A stretch of 63,922 nt of DNA, filler included, from Ionaspis alba (lineage: Eukaryota), in NCBI GenBank assembly GCA_964255285.1. It is 3 parts of 3 records of this genome, joined end to end, with 100 filler letters (N's around TTAATTAATTAA, not from the genome) between each part and the next. Parts side by side here need not be neighbours in the genome. Positions count along the whole stretch, not along the records: positions 22,280 to 44,454 come from CAXUUL010000213.1; 2 more parts are not named here. One strand, written 5' to 3'. A program made the translations under genes and the position numbers. Numbering within the stretch: position 1 is the first letter of the stretch; each line of letters begins with the position of its first letter. The notes beneath the pieces are model-generated. The model saw only the letters and a list, made by a program, of their open reading frames with translations, did not search any database and was not told the origin of the DNA. Positions 26,156-39,316 of this stretch are shown here, piece after piece.

Positions 26156-27304
26156 AGTGCGCGCGAAGAGATGGTGATGTCTCTACAGAGAGCGCGGTCG
26201 CGACGGCGCCTGCCAGTGCATTGTTGACGCTGCAGGTATTCTGGGCATTTCACGAGGTGAGACGGACATTATAGACGAAGTGGATACTCGAGCTCAGGGA
26301 AGGGGTAGGATAGGGTTCCTCCCTCACGGTATCGTGTCGAGGCCGTGGCCGGACCAGAAGCACTTGCATGCATGCAGGAGGAACCCGCATGGATCTCCCG
26401 CCCCCAGGGAACAGTCGCGAGGGCTCCATTGGTAGGTCAGAGTTGCATGAAAGCGTGACCTGCAGCCATCAGTGAAGAAAGGCTGGCGGCTGGTGTCTAT
26501 TTTCTGCTCGGTTGGAACGAATCAACGACGAGGAAGGGATCAGACGTGTGAAGGAGGGACGGCGGGCTGGAGTCTGGACGAATCAAAGGATCGCATTAAA
26601 GTGGTTTTGGATCCATCGAGGAGCCTCAGCGCTTAGGTGCATGAAGAACAAGTGTGACGAGATGTTTCGCGGTAACGTAAGACTGAGCACATCACGTTCG
26701 GGGGAGGAAAAGACGGTGTGAGAGAGAAAGCCTTAGTATAGCTGGTGTCTATTTGATGTGATAGAGCTGAGAGGATCAACCTAGTCACTGTATACGCTGG
26801 CTCGTCAGAAACAAGGCGGTTCCGACTCATGAGTGCCGCGAGCAACCCCAACCTTGATTGCACAGCAAAGTAGGAGAAAGCAGTGCAGCAGATATGTCTC
26901 ATGTCGAACGAGATCTCCGATTGCACGACGGCTTACTTCACTGTACCTGCATGAGGGACGACAATTTTTTGGAACCAATCAGTCAATATCGAATAGTAAG
27001 AACAGAAAAGTGTCCTATGAAAAGGTTATTTGGGAAATAAAGGTAGGCTTCTGCAGTGTTGTCAACATCGGCATTGATTGTATGTGATGGGAGGCGTCTA
27101 AAAAGTTGCAAAGTATGAAGAGCGTGTCTGATTGAGAAAGTCGTAATATATTTAGAAGAAGTATACAATTATCGTTTGAAGTCATGCAAACTGATGTATT
27201 TAATGTTCGATGAAATTAAAATTGTCATCATCAAAGTATGTGGTATAATATTCATCCGCTATACAATCTATCTTCCATATGTCAATTCCAAACCATTACC
27301 ATCC

Positions 27305-28037
27305 TTACAAAATGAGACCAGCAAGCGCAAGACTGAGCCCAACCAACAGCGCATCAACAAGCTGCTGCACAATGATCAAAACATCGTCGACCACAACCCT
27401 GAGAGCGAGCAAAAGGTTGCTGAGCGCCAAAACCAAGGGGTTCAAGAAGGCTAGAGCGGCAGCTGTCGAACAGTCAGTACTCTCATTCCCGGCAGCTATT
27501 TTACTGGAGTAGATTATCAACTTACTAAGACCAAGGTTGGCAACAACCACATTCAGCACGTTGCTGATATTAACGAGCAAGTTGACAATCGTCTGTGCCA
27601 ACGACGTCGCTGTCTGGCGAGCCGCCAGCTTAGGAGCTTTCGTCTTTCCCAGAACCATGACCTGCTTGGTTGACGCCGTGATGGCCGTCACCATCTTGTT
27701 GACATCAGCAACGTAGGCTTGTTGAGCAACGGCCTTCTCGGCTTCGGTGGAGGCGGGGCTAATGGTTGCGCTGGTGGCATCTGTGACAGGAGATGATTAG
27801 TCAAGTGCCTGGAACGAGGTGTGTCGAGCAAGGAGCTTTGATGGGCTGTGGCAACGTACTGATGGAGGCCAGGATTGGCTGGAGAGTGGTATCGAGACTG
27901 GCGACGATTGCTTGGGCGCCTGCGACATCTTTTTTGGCACGAATTTCGAGCTCGGCGACCGGAGCTGGGGCGGGAGCAGCGAAGACGCCGGTGAAGGAGC
28001 TGGCGAGGGCGAGGAGGGAGATGAATGAGGTCTTCAT
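27305..28037 (-). CDS. Small secreted, cysteine-free, Leu/Val/Ala-rich protein (3 exons)
   Basis: Signal peptide MKTSFISLLALASSFTGVFAAP; two probable introns (about 27782-27857 and about 27467-27525); strongly hydrophobic C-terminus ...VVDDVLIIVQQLVDALLVGLSLALAGLIL*. Confidence 0.8.
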
Positions 28038-30443
28038 GGTGGTGGATGAGGGTTGGCTGTCGGTACTTCGTTGTCTTGGAGTTAGATTGAGATAATTGAT
28101 GCAACTGTTGGAAGTTGATGAAACTGTGGACTTAAGTGAAAGCAAGATTTTGTTTGAAGGAGATTTCACCTTTACTTATACACCTCTTCTCGACCGTCCG
28201 GATTCAAGATCATCGTCATCGCTGGAGATCCTTACCAAGAACAAAACTCATCAGGCGAGCAGGCTACCCATGCGTGATGAGTATCCGAGGCCGCGCCCTC
28301 CCGGGTCCTCGAAGGGGCATGAAAAGTCCATAGAGATGATGGCCTTGGTGTCCAATAAGCAGACCCGATTACTGGCTTTGGAAAACCTGTTCACCATTTT
28401 CCAGGGGATGTACCATGGCAGAATCGTGGTCTAAGGGCATAAGCCGTTTGTGCCGTTGCACAACTGGAAAGAATAGCCATAACCCCTGTAGAAGCTTAAA
28501 TCTAGATGTCGGCATTGAGGCGCATGGCAGTCGGAGATCCAGGCGCAGATGACGATCAATAAATTTGATGACCGAGCAATAGCACTGGGATTGTTTGCGA
28601 GTTTGGGCCCGTTCTGCCTCTGTTTCAGTGAGGCACGTAAGAGTTGTAGTCCTGGACTTGAAGGTTCATCCGAGTCATGCCGGCGAGTAGTCACATGTAG
28701 CTCTGAGCAAATGTTGATCAATGGTATGCAGAGTAAAGCTGCAAGACCGTTGCTCAAAGCGTACCACCAAAAACAAGCCTCTGTACCTGACATAACGCCC
28801 GACATCTTCGCCACAGCCAACTCGGCCATCATAATGCAGGTGCCATCGATCGTGGCATCAGCGCCAGCAAATGTACGCACCGACATCAAGGTCAAGGCGA
28901 CAGCAAAATCAACACCAAAGAACAAGGATTACATGCAATATCCAGAGCGTCAAGGCCACCCCACCCATCTCTAGTACTCCACAAAAGAAGGTCCATGGGC
29001 CAGACCTCCCGCTCGACCTGACATCACACCGCAGCTTGCACGCTTCCTACTCGTGCGATTCGAAATTCGCCGACAAGGGAATGCACGCAAAATCCCATGT
29101 TTGCTTACAAGGCGGAAAATGAATAGAAAAAAATTGGGACGTTCAATAAACACTAAAACAAGCTACACAGGAGCGGACGGGACGAAGCCCTGTCAAAGCA
29201 GCAGAAAGAAGCCGTTGGCGGATATGAGGATCAGCGACCTTCAAATTTCCATCCGTATGTGTATACCCCAGACGCCACAAGGAAGCAGCCGCATCATTTG
29301 CTGGAAGCGATGCACAAATCCCGTGCATAATCCACAGCGTCAAGGAGCTGCCCTAGCAAACTATACAGATGCCCCAGCAAATATAGGTAGTATAAATGCA
29401 TCTGACGTATCCACCACACAAGATCGTATCTATAGCGTAGAAGTGCCAGCACAGTAGGGAAGGACGTTGCAAGAAACCTTGCGCCAAGCCACCGCCCAAA
29501 TCTCCGCCAGCAAGTGAAAGCGAAGCAGCAAACGGTCCTGCGTGGCTCAGCGCCAACCCCCGATATCCGACTCGGCAAAGCCTTCCCCAGCACCAGGGTG
29601 CGGCCTTGCAACAGGCCCTGTACGTACTATTTGCGGCAACAGGCAAATGTCGTCGGTGGCTTCGACCGGACTAATCTCCCCCTAAATGCTGCCTAAGATC
29701 ATCACAAACAACACGTAAGTGTAGAAACTAGGTACTTAGTAGGTAAGAAGGAACTTTCTGATCTAAGAGGCCGTCCTAGCTCCACGGCACGCCTGGAAGA
29801 CGGAACCGGTTCCTGGTTTTGCTGTTAGGCTACTGTCAAGCCGGCGAGGAGCTATCCGTCACCCGTCACGAGGCAGCCACTGGCAAGACAGCAGCTAGAA
29901 AGGTGAATGAAGAGGAAGATGTTCATTGACTTGTCATTAGTGGTAGAGGAGCTATCTAGCAGAACTAAGGTAGAGTACTAGAGCATGCGTGGAGCCTGAC
30001 TGAGGCGGCCTAAAATACAGTACAACTCGTGTTGCCAAATAAAGAAACCTTCTGCCCTGATAATCCTCCACAGACGCAAGTAGTAGTGGTAGTAGTGGCC
30101 TTCGTGGATCTGGAAAGCTTAGATCGACAGAGGATCAGCTGCCTGCCTGCGCCCTTGGCCAGGGAATATAGAAACGCGGTCTAGTAGAAAACCTGTCTAT
30201 CATACATCGAGAACGCCTAGTGGACAAATTCGTGGGGAAATAAAAGAATGCTTTTGAAGGTGATGAGCCGGACCACAGATGGCGAAGGGAAAGCGAGGTG
30301 AGCAACTGAGCTCGTTGGTGCCAAAGGAGACGAGCACGGTGAGCGAATGGAAAGGTGGTAGGCGGTTCAGACACCTCGTTAGTGAGGTGTGCTGAAGATG
30401 CATGACCTCAACCGCCGTCTCAGTCCTTCATGGCCCCGGTGAT

Positions 30444-33072
30444 CTATGCATTCGTAGCTTCAGGCTCAGGCTTCGCATCGGATTCCTCGGGCTTTCCTTC
30501 AGTGTCCTGCGCCTCGCCGGAGTGTTCACCAGCATTCTTGACATACTCGTCGTAGACAACCATGGCTTCGTCAACCTTCTCGCGGAGCTTCTCGTCGTTG
30601 CCGATCCTAGATGGCCATTAGCCAACGATCTTTAACAAGGCAGATTCAAAGACTTACAATCCAAACAACTCACTACTCTCCATCTCCAACAACATACCCG
30701 TGATCTTGCCCGCCAGATTCGGCTGCATAGCCACGATCTTCGGATACAGCGACTCACCCAGCAGCTGCTTCTGCTGCCCTTGCGGAGCAGCCATGATCAT
30801 CTCCAGAGTAGGAACGCCCATAGCAGGCATCGGGGCGCTCGGCTGCATCATACCCGGCTGGCCCATCGAAGGACCCATAGGACCACGGCCTTGCTGAGAG
30901 AATCCACCCATCTGCGCAGGCTGCATATTCATGCCCATTCCACCACGACCAGACTGCGAAGGATACTGAGGACGACCATCACGACCGCGCATGCCCTGGC
31001 CGGCAAGCATCTGAGGTGGGATACCCTGCATACCTTGCATACCTTGCATCTGGCCACCACGACCACCAGCGGGTCCGCCGCGACCGAACTGTGCTTGCAC
31101 TTGAGCCATGGCCTGGTTGTAGGCAAAGGCATTTCCGGGGAAGGGACCGGGTCCACCTTGGGGCATTGCACCGAATGGCATCTGTCCGGGCATGCCGAAG
31201 GCCGCTTGAGGCATTTGCTGCTGGACACCGTTGGGAGCACCACGGCCGCCTTGCTGCCCTTGTACTCCGGGGAATTGACCAGGACGACCGCCTTGGAGGC
31301 CCGGAACCACCATTCCTGGTTGAGCTGCAAATGGCATGCCAGCACGACCGGCAGCATTTGGTGGCATGAAGCCTGGTTGTTGACCTGGACCGAAGAACAT
31401 TGGGGGCTGCATAAATTGCTGGACAAATGTTAGATGAGGTTGTTACAGAATACCAGCATTAAAGCGTACCTGTTGTGGCATTCCAGCTACAGCTGCAGCT
31501 TGTTGCATCCTGACCGTGTTACGAGCTTGGATACTGGCTTCCAACTAGAGAAACGTTGTTAGTTGAACAATCTCGTGCAGAAAACAACTATCGTCATACC
31601 TGGCTCTTGCGGACATCTTTGCGCTGTGCGAGAGCAACATAGAGAGGCTTGTCGTTGACCATCCGACCATTCAGTTCCGTCACAGCTTTCGTGGCTTCAT
31701 CGGCATTGCTGAAGCAGACAAATCCGAACCCTTTGCTCTTGCCCAGCGTTTTCCTGGTAGGCTTCGAAGTCTCCTTCTTGCTAGTCTCCTCCTTGTCCTC
31801 GGATTTGCTCTCGCTCTCCTCGGCGCTGCCCTCCTTGTCGGAAGACTTTTTGTTTTCCTTGTCGGTCTCTTTGTCTCCAGGGTCGCTTTCGTTGCCGAAG
31901 TCACGCATAACCTTGGCCGAGGTGATGGTTCCGGAACTGGAAAAGATTTCCCGCAGCTTCTCGTCATCTATGTCGTCGTGAAGGTTCTTGACATAGAGAT
32001 TCACGCCAGTGTACTTGGAGGCCTTTTCAACACGAGCAGCCTCATGTTGCTTACGGAGCTCCTCTTCACGTTCATGCTTCTTCTGTGCACGTCCGACGTA
32101 GAGGTTCTGACCCTTGAAGTCCTTGTCGTTTAATGCCTCAACAGCAGTAGAGGCATCTTCGTGCTTGACGTAGTTTACGAATCCAAAGCCTTTGCTCTTT
32201 CCAGTTTCGGGATCTCTGGTGATGGATGCCGAGGTCACTTCACCATACTTCTCGAACAAAGCACGGAACTCGTCATCAGTCACCTCGGACTCAAGGTTCT
32301 TGACATAGATATTGGTGAAGTTGGCCTTCATCTCCTCGAACTTGCTCTCGCGATCCTTGCGCGCAACGTGGTGTCCGACGAAGACCTTCTTCTCGTTCAA
32401 CAACATTCCATTCACGTGCTTTATAGCTTGTGTGGCTGCCTCGCCAGTCTCGTAGTGAACAAAGCCATATCCCTTTGAGTTTCCAAATTCATCCTGCGCA
32501 ACCTTGCAGCTAAGGATGTTACCGAAAGCAGCGAATGTGTCGTGTAGCGCTTTGTTATCGATAGCGGTATCGAGGTTCTTGATGAACACGTTGCCTTGGC
32601 CTGTTTTTCGTAGAGCAGGATCGCGTTGGGACCACATGATGCGGCAAGGGCGACCCTTGATGACAGTATAGTTGAGCTCCTCCAACGCATGCTCCCCATC
32701 AGCAGTGTTGTTATAGTTGACGTAGGCGTAGCCAAGAGAGCGACGGGTGACAGCGTCGCGGCAGACACGGATCGATGCTACCTGACCCATGGAGGAAAAG
32801 AGCTCAAAGAGCATGGCTTCGGTGACAGCTGGATCCAGCTCTCCCACATATAGCGATGCAGAATGAGGCTGATTTGTAGAGCCTGGAGCGGCAGAGGTGG
32901 GTGTAGGAGCAGCATCAGGATCGGAAGCTGAGGGGGCAGTACCAACGCTGGTATTGATGGTCGTGCCGTTGGTGGCAGACTCGTTTGCAGGCGTGCTTGA
33001 ATTTTGCTCGAGAGAGAGCTTCTCCAACGATGGAGGAGAAGCGGAACCGGTGTTGGTAGCTTCGGCAGACAT
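30444..33072 (-). CDS. PAB1: Polyadenylate-binding protein (4 RRMs plus PABC domain)
   Basis: [47 protein letters not shown] motifs; Q/G/M/P-rich linker; [17 protein letters not shown]...[11 protein letters not shown]; last exon ends ...EPEATNA*. Confidence 0.98.
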
Positions 33073-34154
33073 GATGATTGATCTGGAATAGGGCATCCAA
33101 GTCAGTGTGTTGAGCTCACACGAGAACTGCGAAAGATAGCCTGCACCTGTGTTGAGCGCTGACCGCGGGGTGATTGTCCAGCTTACTTATGTGGATTTTT
33201 GAAAGTTTGTCTTTATGGATACCGAACAAGCAAGCCTCAAAGATCGGAAAAGCCCAGTAAGCTGATTCGATACAGGTATGATACGAGGAAGATGAGCGCG
33301 GTGAATGGGGAAGTCCCTTCTGAAGGGATGGGGTGAAGCTGAGAGTGAGAGGCAGCGATACTATCGACTGCCCAAGAAGGTTTTTTGTGGATTTTCAACT
33401 TTTTTTTGATGATGTTACGAATGTTTCTGGTAGGGGAAGGGGCAAGAAACGAAGAACGAGGTTTGTTCAAAGTCCACGAAAGAGGTTGTTGAGCTGGTAG
33501 TTACCTTTGTTGTAGGGCCCGGAAAAAGTTGACTTTCAGAGAGAAATTCTGTGTCCGATTCCCCTANNNNNNNNNNNNNNNNNNNNNNNNNNNNNNNNNN
33601 NNNNNNNNNNNNNNNNNNNNNNNNNNNNNNNNNNNNNNNNNNNNNNNNNNNNNNNNNNNNNNNNNNGTAGGGCCCGGAAAAAGTTGACTTTCAGAGAGAA
33701 ATTCTGTGTCCGATTCCCCTAATCTAGCGCAAAATCTAATCGCTGCTGTATCGGTAGCTTCCTCCACACATCTTTTTGACGGACACCTCACATGTTTTTA
33801 TTTGTTCTGGAAGTACTTAATCCGAATTCTTGCGCAAGGAAGGAGCTGGAAAGCTCTACAGATTTGATTATTCAGCAAAGGTTTATCTAAGATTCAACAC
33901 CAGCCTTTGCAATCTAAGTGCAGCTCAGTCCTAATATACACATCGCGTACCGTAGAATTCGTGACAATCGTCATCTACCATAATACCTTGAATGATGCGG
34001 GATATTCCTCAGGCCACTAGTCATGCCGCCCAAAGGATACGCCTAACGCTATGCTCGAAAGACCGCTAAGAGTCAAGTATCGTATTACTATTGTCCTTGT
34101 CGAGCCAGAGTTTGCAGTTTCAAAAATCACCAGTCGGGTGGACATTTAGTCTGC

Positions 34155-37100
34155 TTAACTGAGGTTGAACCCAGCCCCAGCATTAATGGCGTAGAGAAGC
34201 TTCTCCCGCAGTGTCCTTCGATCCGAATATATCGGTAGCTTGAGAAGGTTGACACAAGTACTGGTGCTCGGAAGTCGTGTCTGATCACTGCCAGAGTCCC
34301 GAATGCTGAATCGAGGATTCAACTGATTGAAGCCGAGAAGCGGTGATCGTGGAGTAGATGTAACATATTTGAGCACTTTACGTCTGTCCGAGTCTGAAAA
34401 CGCCTTCATGACGTCCCAGAACATTCGTACCGTCGAGTGCTCCTCTTTATCGTCCCCAATGGTATAGACTCCACCATACTGAGTATTTCTTCGTAGGTCA
34501 GCAACGTCGATCTCGGATGAGTCGCCGCCTAGGAGTGTTTGAAGTTCTGACTGATTGAACATGGCTAGCCAGGACGGCTGGATCATCAGACCAAGGCCAC
34601 GGAGGAAGGCACTCGTCTGCAGGTGGGGCTGAATTTGTAATCGATGTCGAGCCATATAGGAGATGTACACGAGCCGGTTCTCATTCGTCACAGCTATCTC
34701 CGAGCCATTGGGCCGTAGTTCCCTTGTGATGGTCCTTTGGGTCGGTTGCACATCAGGACCGTTGTCGTATATAGGTGTCGAAATTGTGTCTGTGACAGTA
34801 AAGTCCAGGGAGAAGTCTTCCACGTTCCCGGGGTAGTTCTTCAACTGCAACTACAACAGAACTTAGTAATTTATCATTGTGACTCGTGAACAGCCGTTGA
34901 CTCACCAGTCCTTGATACAACGTCTCGTCGAGGTCTCTGAGATCGTTGATATTGGCTCGATAACTTGACTCATTTGTTGCAGAGCCAGAGCCTCCGGTGA
35001 GTGCCCATTTGACCAAGAAGAAAGGTGCAAAATGTATGTCTATTAGTATGCCCTCGTATAGGCATTTCCCAACCACTCGGCCTAGGAACTCGTACTGATG
35101 AAGCAGATCTCGGATCTGTTCGTTCCAGATAGAGGACCCTTCCTTGTAGCCAATCTGGCGGAGAATGTCTTTTCTCTCATCCACGGACGAGGGATTGGGA
35201 TAGAGTAGGTGTTGATCGTTCTCCACAAACAGATTCGGTCCTACAGTGGTTGCGAAAGCTTCATTAGTCACACTTGTAAGAAACTCCTTTGTGACTCCTC
35301 CGCCATCGATGCCTGCCTCCTCAGTATCGAATTGATCAACGAAGGTAATCTGGATTGGTTCCTTAAAGCTTTCTCCAAGTTCATAGAACTTTGCAAAGGC
35401 ATCTTCAAAAGTGTGTTCTCTCCTGACCTTGGCATGATGCTTGCTGAGGTCTTCGTGGGCTTGGTCCCTGCCTCTTTCGCTGAATCGAGATGCACCATGT
35501 ACTACTGACATCCTCCACTGGTCAGCGTCGATGAAGCCATTTCGCCGCCTCATCTGATCGACATAAACGAATTCTCGGAAGATCTCCACTCGAGTAACAA
35601 ACGGTATGAAAAACGGCATGTTCTGCAGTATCTCGAGGCGTGGCGTGACGGACTCGAGTAATTTTCTTCTAGAAGCTTTGCGCTGCTGTTGTTTTAGGCG
35701 CTCGATCCGTCGAACCTGTTGTGTACGGTATGTGCCTATTAAGCCCTCTTCGTCATTCTCGTCTTGAGTAAAGTCCAGAATGTCACCGTCTTCATCGTCG
35801 TCATCTTGAGATTCTTGGTGTCTATAGTCTTCCTCCTTCACAACTGCTTGAATAAAACCTCTCATGTCAAAATATTTGGTCATGAGCCAATGGTCCTTGG
35901 GAAGGAAACTTCGGCGTGAGCTAAAACGTTATCAGCATCTCAGTGTTAATTGTTAAGGTAAAATAACTCACTCTCGCTCGTAAATCATTCTGAGCAGGCC
36001 CGTGACTGTACCTCGCATGTAGTCTAGAGTCATGCCACTTATGCCAGCAATCTTAAAGTCATCTCGCTTGCTAGCCGGCTCTGGCATTGTCACCACAGGT
36101 AGTTTCCCTCCTGAAGTATTAAAATATTCCGCAAGGCTGGTAGCGCTCTGTTGTTGCTTGGTTCCCAATATATCGGATGCATTCCAATACATCGCGAAGG
36201 CAAGGTTTTTAAGGAAGATGGTAAGTTCTTTGACTTGTCCAAGTCTTAGAGCACTTTGACGAGTCCAAGACTGTTGAACTTGCATATCATTAGCTCCAGT
36301 CATAAATTCTTCATCGTCCATGACTTTGAGGACGAAAGTGTACAGCTCAAGGAACAGAAGTAGTACCCGCCATTCTCGTTCTCGGTCAATACTAGGTTTG
36401 ACATGCTTGCTGTGATCTGGGGCCTCTCTTTCGGCCTTAAGCAAGTCGATAGCGAATGACGGGGCTTCAGAAATCGTCTTGAAGATCTCCGTACGAACGA
36501 CCGCATCCCAAAAGTATTTGATAGCTGGAACACGAGTGTCGAGCTTGTTGTTAGATGATTGCCTCGCAGTCGAGCCCAGGTAAAGCCACATCCGAATCTC
36601 ATCTCCTCGACGGGGAAATATGCGTAGTAGCGTCAGAGCATAACTTGCGAGCACGGCTGCCTCACCCGACGCCTCTGAAATACTCCTCTGCGAAGCGATA
36701 CCAAAGTCCGAATGTGCAAGAAGGCTTGTAATGCTTTCTTGGCTAAGTAAACTTGATATTTCGGACTCAACAAAAGCAGGAAGAGGGTTTGCAGATCCAT
36801 TCATCCTGTTTCTGATCTCCTCCGCAAGGTGAGATAATAGCGACGAGATCACTGTTATATGGTCACTGTCTGGAATAGACGATATTCGTGTAGTTGTGGT
36901 ACCGAGCCGGCGAATCTTAATGTAATGTGCAAGGAGCCAGAGCAGTTGTTCCTTGGATCTCGAATTCAAAAGCTTAGAGCCGGCTTCGGGTGATAAAGTC
37001 CTCTTGAGAGACTTTGTCAGAAGCTCAGCATCTAGGTTACCCGCGATATCTTCAAGTGGTAGGTAGCCTGATAGCTCCGGGATAGTCAAGAATTCACTGG

Positions 37101-37890
37101 TAAATCCTTCATAGGCAGCCATGGAGTTGGTGAAAGTCGGTTTCAGTAACGAGATCACAGCTTCCTGAATCAGAGTCCGCGTACATCCTATAGGTAAAGC
37201 TCTTGGAGAGGGTGAGGTTGCGATGAGAGATCGAAGTGCGCTGTAGTAGAACGTGGAAGAGAGTGCCATCTCGTTAGCAGTGCCTCTGGAGGCCTTGCCC
37301 AAAAACAAGAGCAGAGTCTCCATGGTATCCGCCGGTAATGGCGGACTCCTACCATTTCGGCTCAAAATCTGAGCCACAGTCTTTGCAGCTCGTAGCAAAG
37401 GAAGCCTCCATTCTTCATGAGCTTCCAGATTGTCTATTGAGAAAGAGTGAGCCGAGGACAAGGCAAGAACCTTCAGGACGAAACGGTGTATCCTGAGCGT
37501 ATCATATGGTTCATGTGGGGAGGCAAAGTGTATGAGTAGCTTTAACTGGGCCAGAGCCTCTTGTTCCGACCCATACTTTCGATTCCCAGACCTGAAGTTC
37601 CCCGTCGTGACGCCTTCCCGGTAGTCCCACTCTTGTCTGTATCTGCTCTTGATCTCCTTGCGACTTGCGTGGCCTCGCCATGTCTTTTGCAGGGTCTTGG
37701 CTGCTTGCAGTCGGTCCCGCTCTTGCTGCCTTGCTCGTCTCTCCTGCTGTGCATGCGCTATTGCATTTTGAGAGTTCTGAGGTACAGTGGAATGCTGAGA
37801 TGCGGGACCTGCAGCAAAAGGATTTGTATTGCGTCCGGATAGGTTAACATTTCGAGGTTTTCTAGACGTGCCAGTAAAGCTCTGAAACAT
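34155..37890 (-). CDS. HUL5: HECT-domain E3 ubiquitin ligase with IQ motif (Hul5/UBE3C family), 3 exons
   Basis: N-terminal FTGTSRKPRNVNLSG and IQ-like AAKTLQKTWRGH; HECT motifs EEAGIDGGGVTKEFL and RLPSTSTCVNLLKLP...AGFNLS*. Confidence 0.95.
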
Positions 37891-38524
37891 GTTGCAGCTT
37901 CAAGGGTGGTTGGACATATCGAGAGTGGTGTTCGAGGCAAATGCTTCTGACTTGGGAATATTACTCTTGTCAAGATCTATTAGATCTACGGGGGTGGTTG
38001 CCTGGATTGTTAAGTGAAGAATCGAGGATTTCCGGTGATTTTAGAGTGATTTTGAGGGCATTGGGCGTCTAGAAGGTGGCGGAAGTTGCTGACCTGAGAT
38101 CTGGGGCGATTGCATATGATATATCAGTTCTCGCTTGCAGTTGCTCGTCAAAACTTTAGCGCCAATTGACTGGGTGGCTACTCAATCTATGGGACAGAAG
38201 CCTATCACGATTCAGGCTCCGACTCCCGCCCCCTACATGCGTGATCCCATCTCTTGGTGTTGTTTACTTCTATCTAAACCTCTTTGATCTTCGGAATTGT
38301 AAACCAGGTGATCGGGAAGCATTTTCAGGGATAGGCGTCACAAGATCATTCCCTTCCTACATTGTCTCCACGAGCGAGTCATAACATCGATTTCCATTTC
38401 AAAAAGCTGGTTAAATTTTTGCATGCCTCAGTTGAAAGAGTGACAAAGTATGTAGAATCGCAAAAAAGGAGCGAGAGACGATTTTCAAGAACGTAATATG
38501 CTTCAGGCGGTCCTCTCGCGTGGT

Positions 38525-39316
38525 TTAGGCTTTCTCCTTATAGAACTGCCCACGGTCTCCCACATCTGTAACGTTCAGCATGACCTCCACGATTTCTGGC
38601 GCAAAAGTCTCTCTCATATAAGCTGCCATGAGATCGAGCCCATTTGTGACTCCTCCGCTAGTCCAAAGCTTACCATCTCGTGCCCATCTCTGATCTACCC
38701 ATTTAGCCTCCTTGAACTGTTCTCGGAACATCGGGAGGAAATCCCGCGGCCCAGTGACTGTCTTGTTCTTGTATATGCCTGAGATCGCCGCGGGGATGTT
38801 GCCCGTGCAGATGGACATAAAAGCGGAGACGTTCTCGTACTGTTTCTGTAGGAATGCTTGAACATCGGGAGAGGGTTGGTACTGTGGTTCAGGTCCTCCA
38901 AGAATGAGGATATCCAGGGGTGGGCAGGTGTGGATGGAGTCCTAAGACGTGAAGGGATGGTCAACACTGTGCTTGGGTGGTTTCTATGTACCATACTGCA
39001 AAGGAATGGTGAAGAGTACCGTGACTTCGATCTTGAAACCACCTGACATCTGCTGGGGTCCTTTGCCCGACTCGTTGACGAAATGATATTCAATCTCTTC
39101 GATGCCCATGTTGACCACAGGCTCAGGGAGCTGACAGAGTCGTAGATATTTTCTCTGTAGATTGCCGAGGAGGTCTGCGGGCGACACATCAAGGAGTTGG
39201 ACAGCACTGGTCACCATAGATCAGTATCTCAGAAGGTGTCTATGAGAACTGAGAACGTACTCTCCAAGCAGGATTACTCCGACCTTCACATGTTGAACAT
39301 GATTCTGGAAGCCCAT
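38525..39316 (-). CDS. DJ-1/PfpI family protein (class I glutamine amidotransferase-like), multi-exon
   Basis: MGFQNHVQHVKVGVILLG / VQLLDVSPADLL..., CPPLDILILGGP, nucleophile elbow SICTG, RWARDGKLWTSGGVTNGLD. Confidence 0.88.

Noticed and set aside
28431..29696. Several 100-160 aa ORFs between the secreted-protein gene and PAB1
   Set aside because: No motifs and mutually overlapping; likely intergenic or promoter sequence.
31740..31900. Acidic/lysine-rich insertion inside PAB1 RRM4
   Set aside because: A common feature of filamentous-ascomycete PABPs; not novel.
33512..33721. Direct repeats flanking N runs (also 8671-8880, 39960-40169, 60481-60690) that could look like LTRs or target-site duplications
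   Set aside because: All are exactly 55 nt and abut 100-N gaps; they are assembler overlaps.
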